A stretch of 64,000 bases of DNA. Source: Eledone cirrhosa. Its lineage: Eukaryota. Below the pieces are notes generated by a model, which was not told the DNA's origin, did no database searches, and was given only the letters and a program-made list of their open reading frames with translations. The DNA is taken from NCBI GenBank assembly GCA_964016885.1, contig OZ024743.1:113460001-113524000 (forward strand), in the 5' to 3' direction. The position numbers and the translations under genes are program-made. Of this stretch, positions 1 to 12,779 are shown piece after piece (positions within the stretch are counted from its first letter, which is position 1; each line of letters begins with the position of its first letter).

Positions 1-3000
1 GGCTGCGCACGGTAGTGGGGTGGCTGGTGTGGCCATGTGCGAGAACCCCCCAACCGTCATCAAGCAATCGCACAAAAACAACTGCGTAAACAGTAATAAC
101 ACTAACCATGTTATGGCTGTGCACGGTAGTGGGGTGACTAGTGTGGCCATGTGTGAGAACCCCATGACCGTCATCAAGCAATCGCACAACAGGAATAAGA
201 CGGGACGTCGCATCTCAGAGTTGCCACACTTAATGTTGGCACTCTAACAGGTAGATCTGGGGAGATAGCGGAGATGCTGGAGAGAAGGCATGTGGATGTG
301 TGTTGTGTGCAAGAGGTGAGATGGAGAGGTGCCTCCGCAAGACTAATCGCAGGCAAACACCGTAGTTATAAGCTTTTCTGGGTGGGTAATGATGATGGTT
401 AGGTGGGGTGGGCATATTACTGGCTGAAAGGTGGATCAATAAGACAATAGAGGTAGTTAGAGTCAGTAATAGAATAATTAAGCTTAGGTTAGTTGTAGGC
501 AAGAGACTACTGACAATCCTCTCTGCCTATGCTCCCCAGGCAGGCCTAGGTAAAGAGAGAAAGACGGCTTTTATGAGCAACTTTTACAGACAGTCTCAAT
601 GACAGAGGACAGAGACATCGTTACGCTAGCAGGGGACTTCAATGGACATGTTGGACAGCTCCAGGATGGATACACTGGAGTACATGTTGGGCACGGTTAC
701 GGCTCAAGAAATGAAGAAGGAGTGAGGCTTCTTGAATTTTGTGATGCAAATGCACTAACCATTTGCAACACTAACTTCCAGAAGCCTAACAACCACTTAA
801 TAACCTACAAATCAGGCGAGCACATCAGCCAGATTGAATTCCTGCTAGTTAGACAGTGAGACAGATGGATGGTGTCAAATACTAAGGCTTACCCTGGGGA
901 AGAATGTACCCCACAGCATAGGTTAGTCGTTAGTGACATCTCAGTAAGCAAGAGATGGAATGAGACATACAGGAAGGTGTGGAAAAGAAAAGTCTGGAAG
1001 CTAAAAGACCTTTCATTAAAATATAAATTTAGCAAAGCCCTTCAAGATGCGTACAACGAAAAAGAAAACGATTTAGAGTTGTATGGCATAGATGAGAACT
1101 GGAATTTCTTGCGTGACAACTTACTGCAGGCTACTGAAGAAACTTGTGGTTGGGGCAGAGCTTCCACCAGACAGAGAGTGACCTGGTGGTGGAACAGCAC
1201 GGTAGATAGGGCCATTAAAGACAAAAGACTGGCATGGAAAGCTTGGAAAAATGGTGGGAGTAGAGACGGATACACAGCTGCTAAGAGAGAAGCTAAACGT
1301 CAGGTGTACTTAGCACGCAGGGAGGCCGAGAGTAGGAGGTTTGCCAATGTTCTGTGACGGGAAGATCAGAGACGTGCAGTATTCCACATTGCAAGGCAGT
1401 GTGTCAATGCAAATCAGGTTATTGTTGGAGATAAATGTGTCCGGAATGATGCCGGTGTACTTAGTGTCACGAATGATCAAAAGAAGGAGGCCTGGAAATG
1501 TCATTATGAGAGACTGATGAATGTAGAGAACGAATGGGACAGAGAGGAATTATTCCCAGTAGACCTGACAGAGGGACCAGCTATTGAGATTGACGAAGTT
1601 ATATATAGTGTTATATCAAGTTATATATAGTGGTGTCATACCCAAAGACTGGTACAACAGTATTCTCATAAATTGTTACAAAGGTAAAGGGGATGCTCTA
1701 GAGAGGAGCAATTATGCTGATGGATCAGGTTATGAAAGTGGCAGAGAGAATATTAGCACAACTGATTAGAGAAAGGGTCAATTTAGATGAGATGCAGTTT
1801 GGTTTTGTGCCTCGGAAAAGTACAACAGATGCCCTCTTCATAGTGAGGCAACTACAAGAGAGGTTCTTAGATAAGAATAAGCTACTATACTTAGCTTTTG
1901 TTAACCTAGAGAAGGCCTTTGATAGGGTACCCCGATCTGTCATCTGGTGGTCCCTAAGGAAACTAGGGATAGAGGAATGGCTTGTGAGGACAGTGCAAGC
2001 TATGTACAGGGGTGCTGTCAGTAAAGTGAGAATAGGAATGGAGTTTAGGGAGGAATTCCAAATACATATAGGTGTGCATCAAAGTTCTGTCCTCAGCCCA
2101 CTCTTGTTCATTATAGTCCTCCAAGCCATAACGGAGGAGATTAAGACTGGATGCCTATGGGAACTTCTCTATGCTGATGATCTGGTTCTTATAGCAAAAT
2201 CAGTAAAGGAGCTAGAGAATAAATTCTGGCTATGGATACAGCAGTTGGAATCAAGAGGTCTGAGAGCGAACCTAGCTGAAACTAAGGCATTGATGAGTAG
2301 AAAAGAGGACAATACTCTGATTCCATCAGGGAAATGGCCATGTTCGATATGTAGGAAAGGAACTGGCATAAATTCTATAAAATGTACACAATGCAGATCT
2401 TGGGTACACAAGAGATGTAGTGGGATAGCAAGCAAACTAACAGGTAGGGAAAACTATGTATGCAGTAGATGTACAGGGAAAGTTGGCCGTAGTAATCGAT
2501 GTGATAGACTCATTTTTCCAATGCAGGTGGGTTCTATAGAAGTGGTTGATAGCTTCCAGTACCTAGGTGATCAGATTAGCATGGGAGGGGGTGTTCCGAG
2601 GCCATAGTATCTAGAATAAGGACGGGTTGGAAGAAGTTTAGGGAGCTGCTCCCTCTGTTGACAAAGAAGGGTTTCTCCCTGCGTACGAAAGGCCGGTTAT
2701 ATGATGCCTGTGTACGATGCATGATGCTGCATGGTAGTGAGACATGAGCAGCAACTTCAGAAGTTATGTGACGGCTGGAGAGAAATGAAGCAAGTATGCT
2801 CTGTTTGATGTGCAATGTCAATGTACGTGAACGACCAAGCATAGACGAGTTGAGAAAGAAACTGGGTATAAGAGGGATAAGTTGTGGTGTGCAGGAGAGA
2901 AGGCTGAGATGGTATGGACATGTGATGTGCATGGAGGATGACCGATGGGTGAAAAAATGCCAGGAAGACCTAGTGGAGGGAAGACGCAGTAGAGGTAGAC

Positions 3001-3147
3001 CACGAAAAACATGGGCGGAGGTGGTGAGAGCAGACCTCAGATAGCTGAAATTCAACGAGGAGATGACGAAGGACCGTGTCGGGTGGAGAGATGCTGTGCT
3101 GAATAGAACCCGTCCCACCCTTGCAAGCAGGGAAAAGCGGACGTAAA

Positions 3148-3190
<43 letters not shown>
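1..3190 (+). mobile_element. Near full-length, disrupted RTE-clade LINE (APE endonuclease, RT with PHD-like insert, (GAT)n tail)
   Basis: APE motifs (NVGTL, CCVQEVRWRG, SAYAPQ, GDFNGHVG, PQHRLVV) at about 230-950. RT motifs (QFGF, LEKAFDRVPR, LSPLLF, LLYADD, FQYLG) in ORF 1714-2607. C-terminal RRLRWYGHV and GRPRKTW. Several stops and frameshifts. Ends in (ATG)n at 3148-3190. Confidence 0.95.
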
Positions 3191-3191
<1 letters not shown>

Positions 3192-3448
3192 AGTTGTCTT
3201 AAATATGACATTATGCACAAAAATATGTAACACACCAGTCTGTTTTTTGTTTACATTAAAAAAAAACTATTGCATCATACAGGTAGTAGGGTTTACCACA
3301 AGACAAACTGTTGACGTTATTCACTCAGGCACTCAAACAAATAAACATACACTATATGAATATTGTAATTAAAATTTTAAACAGCCCATATTATTTGCAC
3401 AATAAGATGCTGTTGTATTTGAAATCATATTACTTTATACTATATATA

Positions 3449-4077
3449 CAGTAATCCCCCATTTATTGCAGGGGATACGTTCCAGAACCAACTGTGATAA
3501 ATGAAAATCTGCGATATTGAGAGACCATAAAGACAACCATTGTTTTCATAGTTTAAGCCTTAAAATACCTCTCCTACACACTTTAATTACATATAAACTC
3601 ATTAAAACACTTTTGTATTTAAACACCAAAAATAGTCAGAAAGGATCATATATAAACTACCAGCAACGATTGTACCATTAGTTACCAATGATGACTATTA
3701 CCAGCTACGTTAGCCACTTGGTAGTATACTACACATCTCCCGTCAATCTATGAAGGGTTTGTATTAGATTAGAGAAAAACCCAATCAGTAAAACAGTAAT
3801 GGAATGAAAAGTAAATCATTTTGTTATAGTTAAAGCCTTAAGATGCCCCTTTCTTATGCTACACATTTCAATCACATTGAAACTTATTTAACAAGTTTAA
3901 ATTTTAAACACTTTTTATTCAGACGCATGTACCACGATAAGAAAATAAATATGTTCTAATGAAAAACCCGCGATGTAGCGAATATTACCCTGATAGGAAA
4001 ATAGATATGTTCCAAAGAAAAATCTACGATGTAGCAGGACCGCGAAAAGTGAGCCGTGATATAGCGGGGGATTACTG
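3449..4077. mobile_element. Tigger/pogo-like (Tc1-mariner superfamily) non-autonomous DNA transposon
   Basis: TIRs CAGTAATCCCCC...GGGGGATTACTG flanked by TA, with typical subterminal GATACGTTCC and CCGCGA motifs. No ORF. Confidence 0.85.
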
Positions 4078-4379
4078 TATATATATATATATAGCGGGGG
4101 ACTATGGTATATATATACAGCTTATATGACTGTGTGGTTAATGTGTCTCAACCATTTGGTTCACAGTTTGGTCCCACTGTATGGCATCTGGGGCAAGTAT
4201 CTTCTACCATAGCTCTAGGCTGACCAAGACATTGTAAGTAGGGTTTGGTAAATGGAAATTGTAGGGGGTGGATTAAGAAAAATTATATAAATTATATCAT
4301 GCCTCTGATACTGTGGGGACAAAGATAACTGTTGAAATGTCTTTGGTAGTTTTAATTTTAATTTTATTTTATTTTGGGA

Positions 4380-4745
4380 CCTGGCTGTTCCTCATCGCAA
4401 TGGTTGCCGTTGAGACCTCAGACATACTTGGACCCTGTACTGTCGAGCTCCTCCACAAGATTGAAACGTCGGCGGCCCGTCTGAGGAAGAAGCCCTGCAA
4501 GATGGGGTAGCTGTTGCAGCAGGTGTCGCTGGCCATTGTCCGTGGGAATGCTTTCGCGGTCTTGGCCGCAGGGCACAGCCCCAATACCACCACTGCTTAG
4601 GCCCAGAGACCAATCTCTCTCACCCTCCCATTCTTCTGTGACACTAGAGCCCTTGCCATTCTCTTCCTTTTCATTTTTTTTTTTTTATATTTTCTTATTT
4701 TATATTCCATTCTTTCTTCTCGATCTAAAATGTTCATTGTGAATA
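4380..4745 (+). mobile_element. 3' fragment of a CRE-like (restriction-like endonuclease) non-LTR element
   Basis: Translation VAVETSDILGP...LLQQVSLAIVRGNAFAVL matches the CRE-type C-terminal RLE pattern (AVET.G..G / QRIS.AIQRGNA). A related copy lies at 27320-27700. Confidence 0.7.
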
Positions 4746-5159
4746 AACTATCCTTTATATTGTTATATAAATTGGATCATGCCTCTGATACTGCTTAGAT
4801 CTCCGTTGAAAAGTCTCTGGTGTGAAGGGTTTTCTGTTGATAGAATTAAGTATTAAATGCATTACAGATTATATGTATGGATCGTGCAACAGAAAAATAA
4901 TACCAGCAGAAAGATTTATATTTTTTGTTACACAATCCAGCATTTTAAAATAGTACTCTCAATTAAATTGCACAACACCATTTTGCTGGTTTGAGAGCTG
5001 ATGAGGGTGAAGATGTGTGTGTGAAGATGTGTGAGGGTGAAGATGTGTGTGTGTGTGCAAAGTTGACTTGTACATCACCTTTTTTTATTTCCTCTTCCAG
5101 TCACTTCGATGCACCAACACACTTCTTGTCCTCCTCCTCCTCCTCTTTCAATCTTTTCT

Positions 5160-5292
5160 ATATTTCATCTGACTGTCACTCACCTGTGGATTGTCTCTCT
5201 GTTGACTACTGACCACTGGCATTTTTGCTCATCGCTGTCTTTGACAGCATTTAGCTGTTTTAACGGCTGTTCTAGCAATGCGTTTTCTCATA
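5160..5292 (+). repeat. Unclassified dispersed repeat (other copies at about 29040-29185 + and 38822-38960 -)
   Basis: The motif TGTGGATTGTCTCTCTGTTGAC...CATCGCTGTCTTTGACAGCATTTAGCTGTTTTAA...TTCTAGCGATG..TTTTCTCAT occurs three times. Confidence 0.75.
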
Positions 5293-5391
5293 CACACACA
5301 CACAAACACACACCTATATATATAGGTGTTGAAGTTTCCGTTGAAAAAGTCAGAGGACTGAAGAGTGCTCTATGTAAGTTACAGAGCTAAA

Positions 5392-5598
5392 TATTTAATG
5401 TATAATAAATAATACAATATAATTACCTCATTACCAGAGGTTTCCCGAATAAGACAGATACAAGAAACGTCCGCATTCGTTCGTCAGACAAGTCAATTAC
5501 CTTGTCTGACGAACGAATGCGGACGTTTCTTGTATCTGTCTTATTCGGGAAACCTCTGGTAATGAGGTAATTATATTGTATTGTTTATTATACATTAA

Positions 5599-5601
<3 letters not shown>
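5392..5601. mobile_element. Palindrome (101-bp arms, 8-nt spacer), probable Penelope-like inverted pLTR remnant
   Basis: 5392-5492 is the reverse complement of 5501-5601 (one mismatch seen). It contains a hammerhead motif and is followed by (TA)n. Confidence 0.8.
5495..5572 (+). ncRNA. Type I hammerhead ribozyme motif
   Basis: Stem I AATTACCTTGT/ATGAGGTAATT. Core CTGACGA at 5506-5512. Stem II CGAAT...ATTCG. GAAA at 5549-5552. Stem III ACC-TCT-GGT. Predicted cleavage after GUA at 5561. A partial antisense mirror lies at about 5421-5492. Confidence 0.75.
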
Positions 5602-5633
<32 letters not shown>

Positions 5634-6221
5634 CATACACACCCTTGCTAGCAGGAAAAGCAGACGTTAAAATGACGATGATATAATATAATATAATATA
5701 ATATAATTGTCAGTGTTAGTAATAAAACAATGTTTATCACTTGGATAAAAAATGAAATAATGAAACTGTTTATAATTTGAAGGTACCACTTTCGTCTTTC
5801 ACAAGATTTTCCTCTGTGTTTTTGCATCTCTTTAACTAGAGCTGTTGTAGTTTAGGTTCGGAGTCATTATAAAATATTTTTCTGTATTTTTTAACATTTA
5901 TAACATTTTTTACAGTCACTGGCTCCACCGCCACAACAACTACTACTACTACTACTACCACCATCACTACTACTACTACTACTACCACCACCATCAATAC
6001 TACTACTACTCATTTTTGACATGTACTCTATTGATACAGGATACAACAATGTACTATTCAGCATCCACTTTCTGACAGTAAGGTATGAATAAATGAGAAT
6101 TTGACTATCATTTCCAGCAATTCAAGCTCTTACGTGTATATGTAGTTTTAAGATAAGTGTTTTAATGTAGAATAAGAAATGAAGGATTGCATTATTTAGA
6201 TATCTTCTAAATGATAAAACT

Positions 6222-6712
<491 letters not shown>

Positions 6713-7014
6713 GTTCCGTTTGTTGATGGGAGTCTTTAGTTTTTATCTATACTCACCAGCCAGTAACCTAATTATAAATCACAGCTATTTTCTATAGTAG
6801 AGGCCAATGATGTTTACTAAAGGACACACAACAGATTATTAAAACTGGATAAATCTTACCCTGGTGGACAGAAAGAGATTGAACCACTTTGGCTTTCACC
6901 TTGCTGCCTGTTGCCAACTCCCACTCCCCCATAGATTCCTTGAATCTTTTACAGATTGGATTATACAGATTTACTCTCCACCGCTACTGACAGCATGCCA
7001 CTCTATTCACCCCC

Positions 7015-7352
7015 CCCCCCCCCACCCCTAACTGATACCAACACCAATGCCACCTTGTCGCTCTACACCTCATACAATCTCCACCACCAGCAGCAGCACT
7101 ACCATAATCACCACTGTCACCAGCACCACTACAACCATCAACACCACCATCCACACCACCTCATTCTACCCCAAACCATCACTACCACCACCACCAGCAC
7201 CGCCATCCACAACAATCATCAACACCACCACATCATTCTACTCCCAACACCAACATCACTGCCATCAGCACCACCGCAGCATTCTACCTCCAACACCACC
7301 ACATCATTCTGCACCCACCACCACCACCACCATCACTACCACCACTGCCACC
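7015..7352. repeat. Degenerate (CAC)n low-complexity tract
   Basis: Direct inspection. Confidence 0.85.
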
Positions 7353-7968
7353 TCCTTGGGTTTCTTTGGCAGTCTTTATTCTGTTGCAAGAATTTGAATG
7401 AAATAACTTCCTCCCTCCTTCCCACTTTCACCACCATTCCCAACCCCTTAACTAAATAATAAAAATAAATACCTGTAAGGTGGTTAGTGATAACAAGGGC
7501 ATCCAATTGTAGGAGCCATGCCAAAAAAGGGTCAGGAGGACTCTTAAGATGTGTCAAATATCAACACAGCAAATGCGCCCAATGCACTCTGTAAAGTAGT
7601 TGGCAATAAAAAGGGCATCCAACCACGAAGCCTGCCAAACAAAGGACTCTTCAGCTGCCTTGAAAGCATGAGAACTTCCCTAGTGTTGGTGCACAATGAA
7701 ATATACTTAGTAGAGTGTAAGAATGTGAGATGCAGGCCCTCAGCCTATATAAAAGTTCAGTAGCTCCACTAGAGTACTGACTCTGCAACTAGCCATCCAA
7801 TCCTTGCTAGCAGGGAAAACAGACATTAACTGTTATTGGTGATGGTTTCTATTTTCATTTCTTATCACTCAACCTAAAATAACAAGGAAATTGAGAAGAC
7901 ATGGTCATCACTTTCTATCATATACTCTCCTCCATAAATCTAAAGCTTCATTCTTATGTAAAAATCAT

Positions 7969-8197
7969 TTAATTCTTTAGCATTTACATTACTCTATATT
8001 TACTATTATATTTTCATGGCAAAGGCTTTACCTCACATAATTATCTCACAAAATATCAAATCTATAAGATTTTGATATTATTTATTTTGAGAACAATACC
8101 TTAACATCAGTATGAGTGGCCAGTTACAGCTGGTTTGAACAGAAAGAGGTGAGAGAATTCTGGCTGGATATGGCTGGTTTAAATGCTAAAGGGTTAA
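7969..8197 (-). mobile_element. piggyBac-type MITE (about 210-230 bp family)
   Basis: TTAA at both ends, TIR (C)CTTTAGCATTTA...TAAATGCTAAAGGG. Homologous to 38242-38452 and 45638-45868. Confidence 0.8.
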
Positions 8198-8469
8198 ACA
8201 TGTTAGCACCTCAATGTGATTGCTTGAGTTTCTAGATATAGCAGTGAAAACACTCTCAAATTATACACTACTTCCTTAGAATTAGAAGAATATATTGGAT
8301 AATGTTATTAACCAGCACAAGATTTGGACACAAAATGTAAAGGTAGATAAATATCTATCACTACATTATCGAATTCAGTGATTCTGAGCTAGGAGCGTAT
8401 TTTCTGGATATGTTGTTGTTAGCACTAGGTCAACCATGAAGAAGCTGATCTATTTTGTGTGTGTATCTG

Positions 8470-9512
8470 TAAGAAAAGGTGTGGTGTGATGGGTGACTAG
8501 GTGTTTCTGCTAGGAAAGGTGTGGTGTGATGGGTGATTGTGGGTGTGTCTCTGAGGAAAGGTGTGGTGTGGTGTGGTGGATGAATGGGGGTGTGTCTGTT
8601 AGGAAAGTTGTGGTGGGTGATGGCAGGTGTGCCTGTTAGGAAAGGTGAGGTGTGGTGGGTGATTGCAGGTGTGTCTGTTAGGAAAGGTGTGGTGTGGTGT
8701 GGTGGGTGACTGCAGGTGTGTCTGTTAGGAAAGGTGAGGTGTGGTGGATGACTGCAGGTGTGTCTGTGAGGAAAGGTGTGGTGTGAGGGGTGATTGCAGG
8801 TGTGTCTGTTAGGAAAGGTGTGAGTGGTGGGTGATGGTAGGTGTGCCTGATAGGAAAGGTGTGGTGTGGTGGGTGATGGCAGGTGTGTCTGTTAGGAAAG
8901 GTGTGGTGTGGTGGGTGACTGCAGGTATGTCTGTTAGGAAAGGTGTGGTGTGAGGGGTGATTGCAGGTGTGTCTGTTAGGAAAAGTGTGGTGTGGTGGGT
9001 GATTGCAGGTGTGTCTGTTAGGAAAAGGTGTGGTGTGGTGGGTGATGGCAGGTGTGTCTGTTAGGAAAGGTGTGGTGTGGTGAGTGCTTTCAGGTGTGTC
9101 TGTTAGGAAAGGTGTGGTGTGGTGGATGATGGCAGGTGTGTCTGTTAGGAAAGGTGTGGTGTGGTGGGTGATGGCAGGTGTGTCTGTTAAGAAAGGTGTG
9201 GTGTGGTGGGTGATGGCAGGTGTGTCTGTTAGGAAAGGTGTGGTGTGAGGGGTGATTGCAGGTGTGTCTGTTAGGAAAGGTGTGGTGTGGTGGGTGATGG
9301 CAGGTGTGTCTGTTAGGAAAGGTGTGGTGTGATGGGTGACTGCAGGTGTGTCTGTTAGGAAAGGTGTGTCTGTTAGAAAAGGTGTGGTGTGGTGGGTGAT
9401 TGCAGGTGTGTCTGTTAGGAAAGGTGTGGTGTGGTGGGTGATTGCAGGTGTGTCTGTTAGGAAAGGTGTGGTGTGAGGGGTGATTGCAGGTGTGTCTGTT
9501 AGGAAAAGTGTG
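8470..9512. repeat. 42-bp GT-rich minisatellite (about 25 units)
   Basis: Unit GGTGTGTCTGTTAGGAAAGGTGTGGTGTGGTGGGTGATTGCA, which explains the 14-aa periodic ORF 8678-9526. Confidence 0.95.
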
Positions 9513-9649
9513 GAAGAATGCTTCACTGTATCATTGTCATGGAAGGTGTAACATGATGGGTAAGTGTGCTACTACCAGGAAAGATGTCATATTTTGTGTG
9601 GCCGAATTGAAACCATGGAGGATGTGACACAATGGGGGAGTGAACCTGT

Positions 9650-10362
9650 CAGGGATGATGTAGAATTATGGGTAAGTGTACCACTGTCAGAGGAGTTGTG
9701 GTATGATGGGTGAATGTGCCACTGTCAGAGAAGGTGTAGCGTGATGGGTGAATGTGCCACTGTGTGGTAGGATGTGGTATGATGGGTGAGTGTGCCACTG
9801 TCTGGTAGGATGTAACATAATGTGTGTATGTGCCACTGTCAGAGAAGGTGTAATGTGATGGGTGAATGTGCCACTGTCTGGTAGGATGGGATATAATGTG
9901 TGAGTGTGCCACTGTCAGAGAAGGTGTAGTGTGATGGGTGAATGTGCCACTGTCTGGTAGGATGTGGTATGATGGGTGAGTGTGCCACAGTCAGGTTGGA
10001 TGTGACATAATGTGTGAGTGTGCCACTGTCAGAGGTGTAGTGTGATGGGTGAATGTGCCACTGTCTGGTAGGATGTGGTATGATAAGTGATTGTGCCACT
10101 GTCAGAGGTGTAGTGTGATGGGTGAATGTGCCACTGTGTGGTAGGATGTGGTATGATAAGTGATTGTGCCACTGTCTGGTAGGATGTGGTATGATAAGTG
10201 ATTGTGCCACTGTCTGGTAGGATGTGGTATGATAAGTGAATGTGCCACTGTCTGGTAGGATGTGACATAATGTGTGAGTGTGCCACTGTCAGAGGTGTAG
10301 TGTAATGGGTGAATGTGCCACTGTCTGGTAGGATGTGGTATGATATGGTGAGTGTGTCATCA
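9650..10362. repeat. About 38-40-bp minisatellite with alternating unit variants
   Basis: Units anchored on GTGCCACTGTC, followed by either TGGTAGGATGTG... or AGAG(AA)GGTGTAG... Confidence 0.9.
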
Positions 10363-10464
10363 TAAGGTAAAATAAAATTAAAGTAAATAGAGATAATTAG
10401 AATAGAACTTGTGATGTGAAGTCTGTTGATGAGATGAGACAAGATAAAAATCAGTTACAGATAT

Positions 10465-10770
10465 GAGTGAGGCACTCCATCGGTTACAACGAGTGTTCCA
10501 GTTGACTCGATCAATGGAACAGCCTACTTGTGAAATTAACATGCATTTGGCTGAACATTTCACAGACACACATATCCTTAACGTAGTTGTCAGGGAGATT
10601 CAGCATGACATAGAATGTGACAAGGCTGTCTCCTTTGAATTACAGGTACAACTCACTTTTGCCAGCTGAGTGGACTGGAGTAACGTGAAATAAAGTGTTT
10701 TGTTCAAGGACACATCGTGTCACCAGGAATCGAACTCACAACCCTAACCACAAAGCCACGCACCTTCACA
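10465..10770 (-). mobile_element. tRNA-headed SINE (tail type C; related copy at about 41745-41930)
   Basis: Minus strand shows the GTGAGTTCGATTCC B-box, the TGTCCTTGAACAAAACACTTTATTTCAC core, and a tail shared with 41745-41930. Confidence 0.7.
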
Positions 10771-11204
10771 GTTACAAATGTACTGTGGTAAAAACCTGGT
10801 CAGCCCATGCTAGTATAGACACACTATGAAATTACAGGTGTTGGTGGTGATAATGGTGGTACATACAAACACCAGTTTACACACATACATACATATGTTA
10901 AGTTGTAGCTGTAAGTATATATGTGTGTGCATATGATGAATATGTAGTCACACTCATATATTCATCCATTCATACACACACACACACACATATATATATA
11001 ATACATACATGCATTCACACACATACATGGTTGTATGCTACTATGATCAAAAGAATAGCAGATATAAACATCATAAATGAACAAGGAAATATGTGTGTGT
11101 ATGTATATACATATATATATATATATATCCACACACACACACACATATTATCATCATCATCGTTTTTATGTCCATATTTCCATGCATGCATGGGCTGGAT
11201 ATAT

Positions 11205-11268
<64 letters not shown>

Positions 11269-11496
11269 GTGTGTGTATTAGATTAATGCAACAAACCAAA
11301 ATTGATTCTCAAAGGATAACTTTGACATGTGATGTTAACCATTATCTAAGTCTTCATTTTCTTGCAGAAAATCTAATTTCTGTGTCCACATTACAATTCT
11401 GTGCCATTTCTGTTTGAGAGTCAGGCAGTCTGCATTTTCCTCTTGTCAAACTTTTTGGCATGGTACACATGTGATAAACATTTTCCCTAGTTTACA

Positions 11497-11550
<54 letters not shown>

Positions 11551-11779
11551 ACTTGTATTTCCACCAGAGTTCCATGCAACCATATCTGATAAAGTATTAT
11601 CTGATTAAGAGTTTTGCTTCGTAAACCACAGGGTTCCATATTTGATCCCACTGCTCAGTATCTGGGAGGGAAATGTCTTTTCCCATAGCCACAAGCAAAG
11701 CAAAGACAAAATCAGTATGGAAATTCAGTAAATCAAAACTGTTTGGAAAAAATGCTCCTTTGGATTATGGCTGCCTTAA

Positions 11780-12340
11780 AGCTTGGGGACATTGGGCTGT
11801 TTCCCCAGGGCCCACTGTGTCCATGTATAATGTAGTGGTTGTATATGTAGGGGATCTAATGCATTGCTGTGTTTGGGATCTCACTGGGTATTTAGGCCCA
11901 ATACTGATCTAGGTATCCAGTGTTGCATATGTAGTGTCCCTAAAGTATTACTTTATTTGGGGATGGGAGAATCAGTGGATATAGGAGCCTAATGCTACTT
12001 TATGTATGTGTTAGTTGTATATGTAGGGGTCTTAGTGCATTGTTTTGTCCTGGAGTCCACTGGGTTTAGAGGCCTAATGCTAATGTATGTATATCGTTGC
12101 TATATATGTACTGTCCCCAATGTATTGCTTTTATTGGGGAGAGGGAGAGCTACTAGATATAGGGTCTCAATGACAATCTATGTCATAGTTATGTTTGTAG
12201 GGGCCCTAGTCGATTGTTATGCTCTAGGGTCCATTGTATCTAAGGGCCCAATGTTAATCGATGTATGTGTATATGTTGCATATGTAGGGATCCTAGTGTG
12301 TTTCTGTACTTGAGGGCCCATAATGCTTTTAAGAGTGCCC
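11780..12340. repeat. Highly degenerate tandem repeat
   Basis: Recurrent GTATATGTAGGGG..CTA(A/G)TG...GGCCCAAT motifs about every 80-90 bp. Confidence 0.6.
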
Positions 12341-12779
12341 TGTATCAAATGTTTGTAATAAACCATGGTTTCACTTCTGTCTCCATTAAATCTCAGTGCC
12401 CATCCTCTTTTTAATCTTATACTGCTTTCAATCATTGGACTGTGACCATGCTGGAGCACAAAGATTTCAATTAGTTATATTAAACCTTGCCACTATTTAA
12501 TATCAGACTCATGTTATCGATCTCTGTTTATGAAATGGTTTTGTTAACCTATGTTAATAGAAAAATGTGTTCCTCTTTTATTTCTAAGGTTATATGCTGT
12601 GATATTAGTGATATTTGGTTGCTATTTCTAGCAGGTTGAGCAATTGTATAGAGGCTTCTAGCTGCTTTGTATATATACATATACACAGAACTTGCCAGTG
12701 ATTGGACACTAAACTAAACTTCCTATTGATTTGGCAAGCTGTATTTCTCTATATGAACCTATGGGGAAGTTTTTGGATT

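Noticed and set aside
8678-9526. 282-aa Thr/Pro/His mucin-like ORF
   Set aside because: It is a 42-bp minisatellite with a frameshifting unit, and it has no signal peptide or splice support.
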